A stretch of 64,000 bases of DNA, taken from assembly GCA_951406725.2 (NCBI GenBank), contig OX597816.1:83204001-83268000 (forward strand), in the 5' to 3' direction. The DNA is from Octopus vulgaris. Taxonomy: Eukaryota. Both the position numbers and the translations under genes were made by a program. Below the pieces are notes generated by a model, which did not search any database, was not told the DNA's origin, and was given only the letters and a program-made list of their open reading frames with translations. Position 1 is the first letter of the stretch, and each line of letters begins with the position of its first letter. Positions 12,342 through 24,277 of this stretch are shown here, piece after piece.

Positions 12342-13235
12342 TCGAGTGTGTATTCTTTTCTATTTTCGCTTTCTTTTAGTCTTCTGACAAACATACAAAG
12401 CTTATTCGTTGGAATGTAGATAAAAACAGTCATCGATGCTTTTATTGTATGTGTTATGTGCGAATTAGCTGGTTGGATTCTGTCTCAAAACTCCTATTCA
12501 TCAAGACTGTCAATTAGGCATTTACTGACAAAACCAAGTGCCCCAATTATTATTGGTATAAATGTGAATTTATATAACATGAGTATAGAAGCTGAAGTTT
12601 CGAAGAAGTTATTTTTTATTTTGAAAGTAATATCTACACCAGTGGGGCATCTGCTACATCAGACAATACATACTTTTTCTTCTCCCTCCCAAACAACAAT
12701 ATCCAGCCTGTTTTGTTTACACTTGGTAGAAGTTTTAATGAGAGTTTTTCCACTAATATTCCTTCTGTTGTTGTTTATTTACGTGTTCAATAACAAGTGG
12801 GCTTCTCTATATTTTGCCTTGGCCTGTCAGTTTTTCAGATGGCATTGTATATTCTTTTAGCGACCACGTCGTGTTTCATTGGGAGGTAGTGCCTTCTTGA
12901 CATTTTAGGTAGCTGGTGATCACATGTGTTACATGTCCCACGGAAATGTGACATTAATCTTTAGTTATATCTTGGGGTCACATCACTGAGTCTTTAGTTT
13001 ATTAGGTATTTTGTAGCAATCTTCTGTTCTTGGACTGAAAATGCATTGCTTTTGAAGAGTGATGTGATGTAGCAGTCATGAGTCCCCCAGAGACTGCTCT
13101 TCATATCGATGTTACTACGTGTTAAAGTCTTTTTTTTTGGTATACTGAGCTTTTGACACTCACCAGACTTTCTTTGATATATGTTAGTTCGGCTGAAGTT
13201 AGAAAAGCTGAAATATGGTCGTCCAGCATGTGCTT
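12340..13235 (-). mobile_element. Dong/R4-clade (RLE) LINE 3' relic
   Basis: Frameshifted translation: FSVQEQKIATKYL, RRHYLPMKHDVVAKRIYNAI, CKQNRLDIVVWEGEEKVCIV, FTFIPIIIGALGFV (RHD, (P)DIV and PIIIGALG motifs of the restriction-like endonuclease). Confidence 0.8.
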
Positions 13236-13239
13236 GCAA

Positions 13240-13476
13240 AGGTCTTTCCCCATAGGCTCATAAGGCCGGTTTCCCTGTTTGTGTGGCGTATATGTTCCCT
13301 GCTGGACAGAATACTGGTCCGTCACGGTATTATTAATTTTTGACAATCGAGTGGAATGAAACAACGTAAAATGATGTGTTTTGCTCAAAAACGCAACGCA
13401 TCAACCGGTCCAGAAATCGAAGACAAAATCTTAAGATCATAAGTTTATCACCCTAACCACTAAGCCACGCGCCTCT
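13240..13476 (-). mobile_element. tRNA-derived SINE, family C-related
   Basis: Minus head GAGGCGCGTGGCTTAGTGGTTAGGG..TTCGATTTC. Confidence 0.7.
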
Positions 13477-13837
13477 ACAGACACACACACATACACACAC
13501 ATCGGGAAAAGAATAATTACTGCTATTTTCGTTTAAAATATATTCATTACTCTTCTGCTACAAATGTACTGTTTTCTTTTTTGCATATTCAAGGTAGGGT
13601 AACTGTTACTCTAATGATTCCTATTTACAACCATCCTCTACTCTCCAGACAATCACACTGTTTTGTCTTATGTGCGCAGGAGTGGCTGTGTGGTAAGTAG
13701 CTTGCTTACCAACCACATGGTTCCGGGTTCCATCCCACTGCGTGGCACATTGGGAAAGTGTCTTCTACTATAGCCTCGGGCCGACCAAAGCCTTGTGAGT
13801 GGATTTGGTAGACGGAAACTGAAAGAAGCCCGTCGTA

Positions 13838-13886
<49 letters not shown>

Positions 13887-13889
<3 letters not shown>

Positions 13890-14074
13890 GGTCCCGGGTT
13901 GATTCGGGGTTAACCACAGTAAATAAGGTACTCAATACATAGCAGAGTAAAATTAATTTATTATATAGAAGGAGCTTCTACAGGACTAGAACTGTTTCAT
14001 TCAAGAGAAATCTTCAGAAGCTTCCTGAAGATTTCTCTTGAATGAAACAGTTCTAGTCCTGTAGAAGCTCCTTC

Positions 14075-14082
<8 letters not shown>
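13887..14082. mobile_element. PLE-derived insert with a near-perfect palindrome at 13960-14082
   Basis: ATTATATAGAAGGAGCTTCTACAGGACTAGAACTGTTTCATTCAAGAGAAATCTTCAG is mirrored exactly; (TA)n on both sides. Confidence 0.85.
14019..14069 (+). ncRNA. Type I hammerhead ribozyme with canonical core
   Basis: AGCTTC-CTGAAGA-T TTC TCTT GAA T-GAAA-CAG TTCTAGTC CTG-TA-GAAGCT. Stem I 6 bp, stem III 4 bp with 8-nt loop, GUA triplet (predicted cut after 14063). Confidence 0.85.
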
Positions 14083-14138
<56 letters not shown>

Positions 14139-14375
14139 GTATGTATACATGTATGTTTATATGTATGTATGTATGTATGTGTGTATATATGTAGATATTT
14201 GTGTGTCTGTGTTTGTCTCCCCACCATCGCTTGACAACTGATGCTGGTGTGTTTACGCCCCGTAACTTAGCTCTTCGGCAAAATAGTCCGATTGAATGAG
14301 TACTAGGCATACAGAGAATAAGTCCTGGGGCCGATATGACTGAAGCAAGTAAAAGAATAAAAGAATACATATATG

Positions 14376-14620
14376 TCTGCCTGCCTGCCTGCCTGCCTAC
14401 CTACCTACCTACCTACCTACATGCATACCTACCTACCTACCTACCTACCTACCTACCTACCTACCTACCTACTATACATACATACATACATACCTACCTA
14501 CCTACCTACCTACCTACCTACCTACCTACCTACCTACCTACCTACCTACATACCTACCTACCTACCTACCTACCTACCTACCTACATACCTACATACATA
14601 CATACATACATACATACATA
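14376..14620. repeat. (CCTG)n/(CCTA)n/(CATA)n compound microsatellite
   Basis: Direct reading. Confidence 0.95.
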
Positions 14621-14660
14621 CTGTATATAAATATATGTAAAAGGTTGAAAAGGAACGAGT

Positions 14661-14696
<36 letters not shown>

Positions 14697-14780
14697 GAGT
14701 TGATACATACACTAGTTGATATATATATATGGAGAAAAGTCAAGGTAGAAAATGCTAAAATAATTTTATAAAATACATTT

Positions 14781-14820
14781 TAGAGTACCGGTTTCGGCCG
14801 TTGAGACCTTTTCAACTCTA
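14781..14820 (-). ncRNA. Minimal type I hammerhead, U3-A8 core variant
   Basis: Minus strand: TAGAG-TTGAAAA-GGTC TCAAC GGCC-GAAA-CCGG-TA-CTCTA. Palindromic stem III ACCGGT, GUA triplet. Confidence 0.8.
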
Positions 14821-15324
14821 CATATGGAAAACAATTAAATTTGAAAGAATATTTGTGGAGTATTCAAATATAAGGGGCATTTTCCTTGTTTCTGCCTGTC
14901 TCTGAGTCTCTTGTTTACCCTTGTAGGTTCGAGGTCGTTATGAATTCTTGGCAGAGAAGAAGAAGAAATAAAGAATGGGGGAGCGGTATGATAATAGTAT
15001 AATGTTAAATGGTCAAATGCCCTGAAAGTGACTTGTGGATGGTAGTAGTGACTGAATTCTTGAGATCTCTCTTTTGAATGTATTGCTTATAATATTTGCG
15101 TAGGTGTTATTCTAAACAGCAGTAGTAGTAAAGTAAGGAAGTAGGCGGGTCTGACCGCCGGTGTTAGATTGCTTGCGTCCCTGAAAATGGAGATGATAGA
15201 ATGAGTACTATAGTTCTAAACTAAATAACAAAGTCGGTTGATTTGATCTACTAAACCCTTCAGACAAAGTGCTGCTCCAGCTTGGTCGTAACTTAATAAT
15301 TGCAACTAGTAGTTGAGTAGAAAA

Positions 15325-15400
<76 letters not shown>

Positions 15401-15804
15401 TTCAAAAAAGATGTGCCTGTGTGCATGTATGTGTGCTTGTGTGTGTGGCAGTCTGTATGTAAATGTGCGAGTGCAAGTTTATTTGTGTTTTCGTTCTGCC
15501 AGTAAGTCTATATCCCTATATCGAGGTCAGTTTGTGTGTATATACTCGTGTATTTGTATATGTAACAGTATAGATACATACATTGTGAGTGTGAGTGTAT
15601 AATAGATAGCATTGGTTGATCGTATTATAATTGCCAATTAAAAAATTCCTAGGCAAATTGTATAAATATCTTCCCAAATATTCTTAACTAGATTTTAAGG
15701 GGTTATTTCTTATGTATGTATGTATACATATATTGTATGAATATATTTATACATATATATAATACATATATGTACATGTGTATATATATATACATATACA
15801 TATA

Positions 15805-15848
<44 letters not shown>

Positions 15849-15890
15849 ATATACATGTACATATATACACGCACACGCGCATACACTTAC

Positions 15891-15930
<40 letters not shown>

Positions 15931-16272
15931 CATAAAACATTTGGTTCGACATGTAGTCTACGTGAGCAGTCATGTGTTTTGAAAGTTGTCAAGAGGTTAA
16001 AAAAAAAAGACGCATCAAAAAAATATGTAGAAACTCCTTTGGTGGCATCTAAAAGAAGTTTTTGTACCAAACCGGATTTTTCTCTGCCATGTTACTTAAA
16101 GAAAATTCAGTTGTAAATAAGAATTAGAATAAATAAATGTAGGACATTATACGCCTACTGTTTCTGAACGTCAAAGAGAAGTTTATTAGCTCATTGTCTC
16201 TAACGTTGGTTTCAAACGTTGACTCTCGAAAGTAAATGTGTTTTGAGGAATGGTTCTTGTAAGTTAACTCAC

Positions 16273-16312
16273 CTCTACTATTTAACTCATATATTTCCTC
16301 TTCCTGGGAAAG
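16273..16312 (-). CDS. Possible 40-bp internal exon (LSQEEEIYELNSR+1)
   Basis: Acceptor TTTTGGCCTTTCAG and strong donor GAG|GTGAGT; phase-compatible with 11323-11441. Confidence 0.2.
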
Positions 16313-16499
16313 CTGAAAGGCCAAAATTATCTTGACGAAATTCGAACCCAGAATGTAAAGAAACTTGATGTCATTAAATAGTAAACGGAATGACCTCAGT
16401 GGTTCTATCAAATCTGCTAATCTTACAGAAATAATGTTTTTTATTTAGGGGCAAAGATCGAAAATGCCTTTAGACAAATTACACATCACTCTATAATCT

Positions 16500-18298
16500 G
16501 TTCTGCTATAGGCACAAGGCCTGAAATTTGGTGGGGAGGGGTTAAGCCCATTACATCGACCTCAGTACTCAACTGGTTTTAAATTTATCGACCTTGAAGG
16601 GATGGAACGCAAAATCTTCGGCGGAAGTTGAACTCAAAACGTAGTGACGAGTGAAATACTGTTAAGCAGTTCGCCCGATGTGCTAACGATTCTGCCAGCT
16701 CGCTACCTTCATCATTCTATAATCGAGCTACGAATCATTATGCCGTAGCGCCTTTGCTAAACATTGCATTATTGTTCAATTTACAAACGTGGTACAGTAT
16801 GATCGCGGTAAATTCTTTCCTACTCACAGCCAGAAATTTTGAGGGAGGGGACCAGTCGATTAGATCGACCCCAGTGAACAACTGGTGCTTAATTTATCGG
16901 CCCCGAAAGGATGAAAAGCAAAGTCGACCTCGGTGGAATTTGAACTCAGAACGTAAAGACAGACGAAATACTGCTAATCATTTCGCCAGGCATGCTAACG
17001 TTTCTTCCTGCTCGCCGCCTTTGCTACTTTAGGCACAAGGCCCGACATTTTGGGGGAGGGGCCAGTTGATTAGATCGACCCCAATACGCAACTGATACTT
17101 AAAATGTCAACCCCGAAAGGATGAATGGCAAAGTCAACCCCGGCGGAATTTGAACTCAGAAAGTAAAGACAGATGAAATACCTATTTCTTTACTACTCAC
17201 AAGGGGCTAAACAGAGAGGACAAACAAGGACAGACAAACGGATTAAGTCGATTATATCGACCCCAGTGCGTAACTGGTACTTATTTAATCGACCCCGAAA
17301 GGATGAAAGGCAAAGTCAACCTCGGCAGAATTTGAATTCAGAACGTAAGGGCAGACGAAATACGGCTACGCATTTCGCCCGGCGTGCTTACGTTTCTGCC
17401 AGCTCGCCGCCCTATGATCGCGGTAAATTGAAATGTTACCGTTGTCGGTTTTTATTTTTTTGGTCTTTCATTCATGCATAGCGTTTGAGTATCAAAGTCG
17501 ATCTAATTCTTTATAACCTTCCCCGCTCTTTGCAAAAAGATTAATATTAGTTTCAAATTTTGGCACAAAGCCAGCAATTTTGAGGGTGGGGTAAGTAGAT
17601 TACATCGACTCCAGTGAAGTACTAGTACCTAATCTTTCGGCCCTGAAAAGATGAAAGGCAAAGTCTACCGCGGCCGAATTTGAACTCAGAACGTAAAGAC
17701 TGACGAAATACAGTTAAGCATTTTGTCTGCTATGCTAACGATTCTGCCAGCTCGCCGCATTAATAAAATACTAATATTACAAGTTATATAAGGCCACCAG
17801 CTGGCAGAAACGATAGTAGGCCGGGCAAAATGCTTCGTGGCATTTGATCCGTCTTTGCGTTCTGAGTTCAAATTCCGCCGAGGTTGACTTTGCCTTTCAT
17901 CATATAATCGACTTGTCTCCTCCCCTGAAATTGCTGGCCTGGTGCTAAAATTTGAAACCAATATTACACGTTATAATAGTGAGCTCAGTGACGTCAGATT
18001 GAACATATAGTGTAAGAATAATGGGCTTTTACAAGCGGATGTTGATCAGCCTGGGCTATGTTGGAATGTCATAGCCAACTATATCTATTAATTGACTCTC
18101 TGACAGTTGGTAGATATACATAACGAAGACTCACTGACAACGGGAGTAGTATGTGGCTAAATAAGTTGTAACATTCGTTAGGTCCCTTTACTGTCATTCT
18201 TTCGAGGTCGATAATATAATAACCAGTTGAGCAGTGGAATCAATGCAATCGACTTACCGCTCCCCAAAATTCCTAGCCTTATGCCGAAACTTGAAACA

Positions 18299-18300
<2 letters not shown>
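16500..18300. mobile_element. Cluster of at least 6 SINE family B copies (Meta-domain-like), mostly minus strand
   Basis: Repeated GGCGAGCTGGCAGAA..GTTAGCA..GTTCTGAGTTCAAATTCCGCCGAGGTCGACTTTGCCTTTCATCCTTTCGGGGTCGAT..AGTACCAGTT at about 16500-16710, 16815-17020, 17025-17411, 17545-17760 (-) and 17790-17962, 18180-18300 (+). Confidence 0.9.
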
Positions 18301-18346
<46 letters not shown>

Positions 18347-18894
18347 GAGTGAGAGAGCAGTGCATGCCATCAAAGTGACACTGGGGTAAAATATATGAAG
18401 CCCAGTATACTCATCATGACTACACGTCTGATAAGGGTACACCAGGCACATGCATCACAACCATATGTGCGCGACATGGTGATAACAAGATAAACAGCGC
18501 ATGACCTTGCGGGTGGGGCCCAGTTAAAATTTTCTTCTGGTCGAGTAGCCCATCCCGCTCAAAAGGTCCCTGATTAAGGGTTGTTTAAGGATGTTGAATG
18601 AAACACCTATGTTTTCAGAGGTAAATTATTCAAACCCCAAAGAATCTCTCTCAGCACATGGCTATGATGCTCCCCCACTACTTCTGCTCATGATCAGAGA
18701 TGCACATATCGCCAGCCCCTAAGGGACATAGTCAACTGGTTAAGGTCAAACAACTGAGAAGCAAATCTGTGGTATTGAGCAGAATATTTGCTACGCCCAT
18801 CTTTTATACCAAGACAAATCAATGTACATTATAACACTTCCAGTCAGTTAAGATCAGAAGCCATGAGAGCCGCTGCCTGGTACTGCATGAGGGC

Positions 18895-18896
<2 letters not shown>
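18347..18896 (-). mobile_element. ~550-bp non-coding element inserted in (AAT)n, copy 1
   Basis: Near-identical to 18959-19514 and 29599-30056; (ATT)n on both sides. Confidence 0.85.
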
Positions 18897-18958
<62 letters not shown>

Positions 18959-19514
18959 GAGTGAGAGAGCAGTGCATGCCATCAAAGTGACACTGGGGTA
19001 AAATATACGAAGCCCAATATACCCATCATGACTACCCGTCTGATAAAGGTACACCAGGCACATGCATCACAACCATATGTGCGCGACATGGTGATCTCAT
19101 ATCAAGATAAACAGCACATGACCTTGCAGGTGGGGCCCAGTTAGAATTTTCTTCAGGTTGAGTAGCCCATCCCGCTCAAAAGGTCCCTGAATAAGGGTTG
19201 TTTAAGGATGTTGAAAGAACCACCCATATTTCCAAAAGTGAATTATTCAAACCCCAAAGAATTCCTCTCAACACATGGCTATGATGCTTCCCCACTACTT
19301 CTGCTCGTGATCAGAGATGCACATATCGTCAGCCACTAAAGGACATGCTCAACTGGTTATGGTCAAACAACTGACAAGCAAATCTGTGGTATTGAGCAGA
19401 ATATTTGCTGTAGCCCATCTTTTATACCAAAAAAAAACAATGTACATGATAACACTTCCAATCAGTTAAGATCAGGAGCCATGAGAGCCTCTGCCTGGTA
19501 CTGCATCAGGGCAT
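18959..19514 (-). mobile_element. ~550-bp non-coding element inserted in (AAT)n, copy 2
   Basis: Same ends (GAGTGAGAGAGCAG...GGGCAT on +) with (ATT)n on both sides. Confidence 0.85.
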
Positions 19515-19554
19515 CTTATTATTATTATTATTATTGTTATTATTATCATTATTA

Positions 19555-19767
19555 AAAACGGCGAGCATGTAGAATCGTTAGCATGCCGGGCGAAATGCGT
19601 AGCGGCATTTCGTCTGGCTTTACGTTTTGAGTTTATATTTCGCCGAGGTCGACTTTACCATTTATCCTTTTGGCGTCGATAAATTAAGTACCAATGAAAC
19701 ACTGGGATCCATGTAATCGACTAGTTCCCACCTCTAAAATTTCAGTCCTTGTACTTTAATAGAAAGG

Positions 19768-19820
<53 letters not shown>

Positions 19821-19821
19821 G

Positions 19822-19910
<89 letters not shown>

Positions 19911-20260
19911 CATTATTATTATTAAACCAATTTTTTTACTATCCACAAGGGGCTAAACGCAGAGAGGACAAACAAGGATAGACAAACGGATTAAGTCGAT
20001 TATATCGACCCCAGTGCGTAACTAGTACTTTATTTATCGACCCAGAAAGGATGAAAGGCAAAGTCAACCTCGGCGGAATTTGAACTCAGAGCGCAACGGC
20101 AGACGAAATACGGCTACGCATTTCGCCCGGCGTGCTAACGTTTCTGCCAGCTCGCCGTCTTAAACCATCGTTAGCAGCATTTCGTCAATTCTTATGTTCT
20201 GAGTTCAAATTCTACCGAGGTCGACTTTGCCTTTCAACATTAAGGGGTCGATGAAATAAA
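19555..20260. mobile_element. SINE family B copies around a long (ATT)n tract
   Basis: + copy about 19555-19770, (ATT)n 19768-19923, - copy about 19935-20160, + fragment about 20165-20260. Confidence 0.85.
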
Positions 20261-20288
20261 CACCACACCTCCTTGTGCTTGTAGTAGA

Positions 20289-20360
<72 letters not shown>

Positions 20361-20364
<4 letters not shown>

Positions 20365-20882
20365 GTTTGCTAAGACCAAAACAATAAAGTTTGCTTATTG
20401 ATCGACATGAGCATCCCAAGACCAAAACAATAAAGTTTGCTTATTGATCGACATGAGCATCCCCTGTGATCATAATATCTCAGCGAAAGAGTTTGACAAG
20501 CTCAGAAAATATAAAGACTTACTCATTGAAATTGAGAAAATGTGGCATCTCAAGGCGGTTACAATACCAGTGATCGTAGGAGCACTAGGAATGATCAAGA
20601 AGGGAACCGAAAATTATATGAGAATGATCCCTGGCTTACCATCCCTGCAAGAAGTGCAAAAGATTGTCTTAACTGGTACATCACACGTATTGAGAAGAGC
20701 ATTGTCGATGTGAGAACTGCTGCTGCTCATGTATTTTAATTTAACTTAAAAAAAAAAAAAAATGAACGAACTACTGAGGAGTTTGGTTTAATGGCCTACC
20801 AATGTATACTATGAGTTTCTTTGCCCTAGGAGTCGGGAAGACACTCGGCAAGAAATGGAAGCAAATTTGAAAGAAAAAAAAA

Positions 20883-20883
<1 letters not shown>
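20361..20883 (+). mobile_element. 5'-truncated Dong/R4-clade LINE in (TAA)n
   Basis: ORF 20444-20713 LIDMSIPCDHNISAKEFDKLRKYKDL..IPVIVGALGMI is an RLE C-terminus. 3' UTR follows, with long (TAA)n on both sides, the known Dong target. Confidence 0.9.
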
Positions 20884-20925
<42 letters not shown>

Positions 20926-20945
20926 TAATAATAATAATAATGATG

Positions 20946-20977
<32 letters not shown>

Positions 20978-20996
20978 GATAATAATAATAATAATG

Positions 20997-21048
<52 letters not shown>

Positions 21049-21121
21049 TAATAATAATAACAATAATAATAATAATAATAATGATAATGAAAATAATGAT
21101 AATAATAATAATAATAATAAC

Positions 21122-21154
<33 letters not shown>

Positions 21155-21923
21155 TATTATTATTATTATTATTATTATTATTGTTATTAAGCCATCATTA
21201 GTGGGAGGAGTGATAAGCTTTCTGTGAAGAAGAGCCATTAAATTTCGAATGGTCACTGTCTCATCAGAATGCAGCATCTGTTGGCTTGTGGCGGCTCTTC
21301 TGGCTAAAAATGCGCCAAAAAAAAAAAAAAAGCATTAGACAAATTAGACAAATACAAGGATGAAACGCCTGACCCAAACAGACGAAGGAGTTTGCAAGCC
21401 ATTAGTAAGCAACGAAAATATAAAATAGCACGCATTTCTCCATGTAAACTACGTAGTTTCGAGAAGGATCATGAAAGAAATCCACATTTTAAAATTTAGT
21501 TAAATCGTTTTTTTCTAAAAAAAAAAGTGAAGAAAAAGACCAGCTTCTGTAAAATACATTTCGATTTAAACAAAATGTTGGGATGAGAGTAGGAAAAGCG
21601 GGACAGACTTAAAAATAAAACAATGTAGGAATGGAAGAAATAAAGCAATAAATAATGAAACATAAAAAATAAATAAGGAAGGAAGGAATTCTTTTCCATT
21701 CAACAGTAAAATGATTCTTCCAGACATTGGTAAAAATCGTTCTTGTAGAATGATCCGTAAAAATACGTTGCAGTTAAATAATATATGCTTGTATGTATGT
21801 ATGTATGTATGTATGTATGTATGTATGTATGTATGTATGTATGTATGTATGTACGTATGTATGCATGCATGTACATATGCATATATATATATATATATAT
21901 ACATATCCAAATACATGTATGTA

Positions 21924-22014
<91 letters not shown>

Positions 22015-22030
22015 TATGTATTTATAAAGG

Positions 22031-22059
<29 letters not shown>

Positions 22060-22061
<2 letters not shown>

Positions 22062-22213
22062 GCAGCTTTTGGTGGTCCAAATCAGATATGCAATCTATGT
22101 GGGTGCCTTTTCAATACATTGTCTGGTTTAAAAAGCTACATCAGACGCCATGATGGATCTAAGATGTAGGCGCAGGAGGTGGTCAGACTCACCATAAGGA
22201 GTAGACAGCCACT
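22060..22213 (+). mobile_element. RTE-clade LINE 3' end
   Basis: ICNLCGCLFNTLSGLKSYIRRH* resembles the C2H2-like C-terminus of RTE ORFs; short 3' UTR. Confidence 0.6.
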
Positions 22214-22244
22214 ATATATATATATATGTATTTATACATACATG

Positions 22245-22470
22245 TATATGCCTGTATTTCAAAATGTAGTTTCATGTGGATTGTTGGCGATCTTTTCTTC
22301 CGTTTTTTTGTCTTGGACTTTCCTCTGTCTCCTGTTTCCAAAAAGGAGTTTTGCTCGAAACGTTAAGCAATCTTTCTTTCCTTCCCTGAGCGTCTTTCAA
22401 TATTTGCATGTACCACGTCCACGCATTGTTGTTTTTTCTTGTAGCGTTTTTCCTTCATTTTATTTTTATT
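22245..22470 (+). mobile_element. PLE-type repeat with decayed HHR (22334-22368); homologous to 57715-57910
   Basis: GAG TTTTG CTC GAAACGTTAA..CTTTCTTTCCTTCCCTGAGCGTC..CCACGTCC.CGCATTGTTGT matches the reverse complement of 57715-57910. Confidence 0.6.
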
Positions 22471-22550
22471 AATTATACACAGACACACAGACACACAGAC
22501 ACACAAACACACACACACAAACACACTTCCGAAATATTTCTATGTATTTT

Positions 22551-22582
<32 letters not shown>

Positions 22583-23014
22583 TGTATGTATGTATGTATG
22601 TATGTATGTATGTATGTATGTATGTATGTATGTGTGTGTATGTATGTATGTATGTATGTATGTATGTATGTATGTATGTATGTATGTATGTATGTATGTA
22701 TGTATGTATGTATGTATGTATGTATGTGCGTGTGTGTAATATATGCTTTCATAGAATCGTGTGGCTATCACAGAAAGCTCCTCTAGTGGACTCGGCTAAC
22801 AGATCACATAGAAATGCATTACATAGGAGTATAATGCCGAGTCTCATGCTACTGAAATCCAGATCCGTTCGATGAAACAATTTAATGAGGAGTATATAAA
22901 CCATAAAAACTCAGGAGGTATGAGAGTTGAATGTTTTTACTTAACCACATTCATCCTTAGGGTTACGGCGGTTTCACAGCCTTTTCATGTAATTATAATT
23001 TCAGTGTGTAAGCC

Positions 23015-23655
23015 ATGCGAGCAGGTAGAAACGTTAACACGCCGGGCGAAATGCTTAACTGTATTTCGTCTGCCGCTACGTTCTGAGTTCAAATTCCTCC
23101 GAGGTTGACTTTGCCTTTCATCCTTTCGGGGTCGATTAAATAAGAACCAATTACGCACTGGGGTCGATATAATCGACTTAATCCGTTTGTCTGTCCTTGT
23201 TTGTCCTCTCTGTGTTTAGCCCCTTGTAGGTAGTAAAGAAATAGGTATTTTGTTTGCCTTTACATTCTGAGTTCAAATTCCGCCGAGGTCGACTTTGCCT
23301 TTTATCCTTTCAGGGTCGATATATTAAGTACCAGCTGCGTACTGGAGTCGATCTAATCGATTGGCTCCCTCCCCCAAAATTTCGGGCCTTGTTCCCAGAG
23401 TAGACAAGAATAAATATGTATACAGGAAATTTTTTAAGAAGGTGGCGAGCTGGGAGAAACGTTAGCACGCCGGGCGAAATGCTTAGCTGTATTTCGTGTC
23501 TTTACATCCTAAGTTCAAATTCCTCCGAAGGTCGACTTTGCCTTTCATCTTTTCGGGGTCGATAAACTAAGTATCAGTTGCGTACTGGATTCGATCTAAT
23601 CGATTGGCCCCCTCCCCAAAAGTTTTGGGCCTTGCGCCTAGAGTAGAAAAGAATA
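23015..23655 (+). mobile_element. Dimeric SINE B (23015-23410) plus monomer (23440-23655)
   Basis: Family B head and Meta-like domains. Confidence 0.88.
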
Positions 23656-23852
23656 ATTTCAGTGTGTGATAAATTATGCTTATATGCCTGCAGTAATATG
23701 CATGCTACGCGTTGCACAATACAATTTTCTATTCCCAAATGAATACAGATAACGAAAGCTCGCTCATCAGATTCCCAGAATATCATAGTTACACACCTCT
23801 CATACCTCCTGACTATTGTATCTTTTATATTTTCAGTCTTTTATCCATTACC

Positions 23853-24218
23853 TTTTACTTTTATCAGTCATTTGACTGCAGCCACCGCCTTGAAGGGCTT
23901 TAGTCGGACAAATCCACCCCAGGACTTTTTTTAGGCTTAGTACTTATTGTATCGGACTCATAGGCCGAACCGCTAAGTTACGAGGACGTAAACACACCAA
24001 CATCTGATGTCAAGCGATGGTCAGCGACAAACACAGACACACAAACGTTTATATGCGACGGGCTTCTTTCTGTTACCGTCGATCAAATCCAATCAAAAGA
24101 TTTTGTTCAGTCCGAGGCTATAGCAGAAGACAGTTGCCCAAGGTGCCACGCAGTGGGACTGAACCCGCCACCATGTCGTTGGGAAGCAAGGTTCTTACCA
24201 TTCAGTCATACCTACACC
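23853..24218 (-). mobile_element. SINE family A
   Basis: CCCAAGGTGCCACGCAGTGGGACTGAACCC on +. Confidence 0.85.
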
Positions 24219-24277
24219 TACATTGATGCTGGGGTTCAACCGGGATGTGTGTGTGTGTATATATATATACATATATC

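Larger units (their letters stand above)
13674..14366 (+). mobile_element. SINE family A interrupted by a PLE palindrome in its internal (TA)n
   Basis: Head 13674-13836; 3' body resumes at about 14198. Confidence 0.9.

Noticed and set aside
12994-13130. GTHDCY read as the CACTA transposase KSHDCH motif
   Set aside because: Neighbouring motifs (QEQ, KHD, RLDIV, PIIIGALG) fit an R4/Dong LINE far better.
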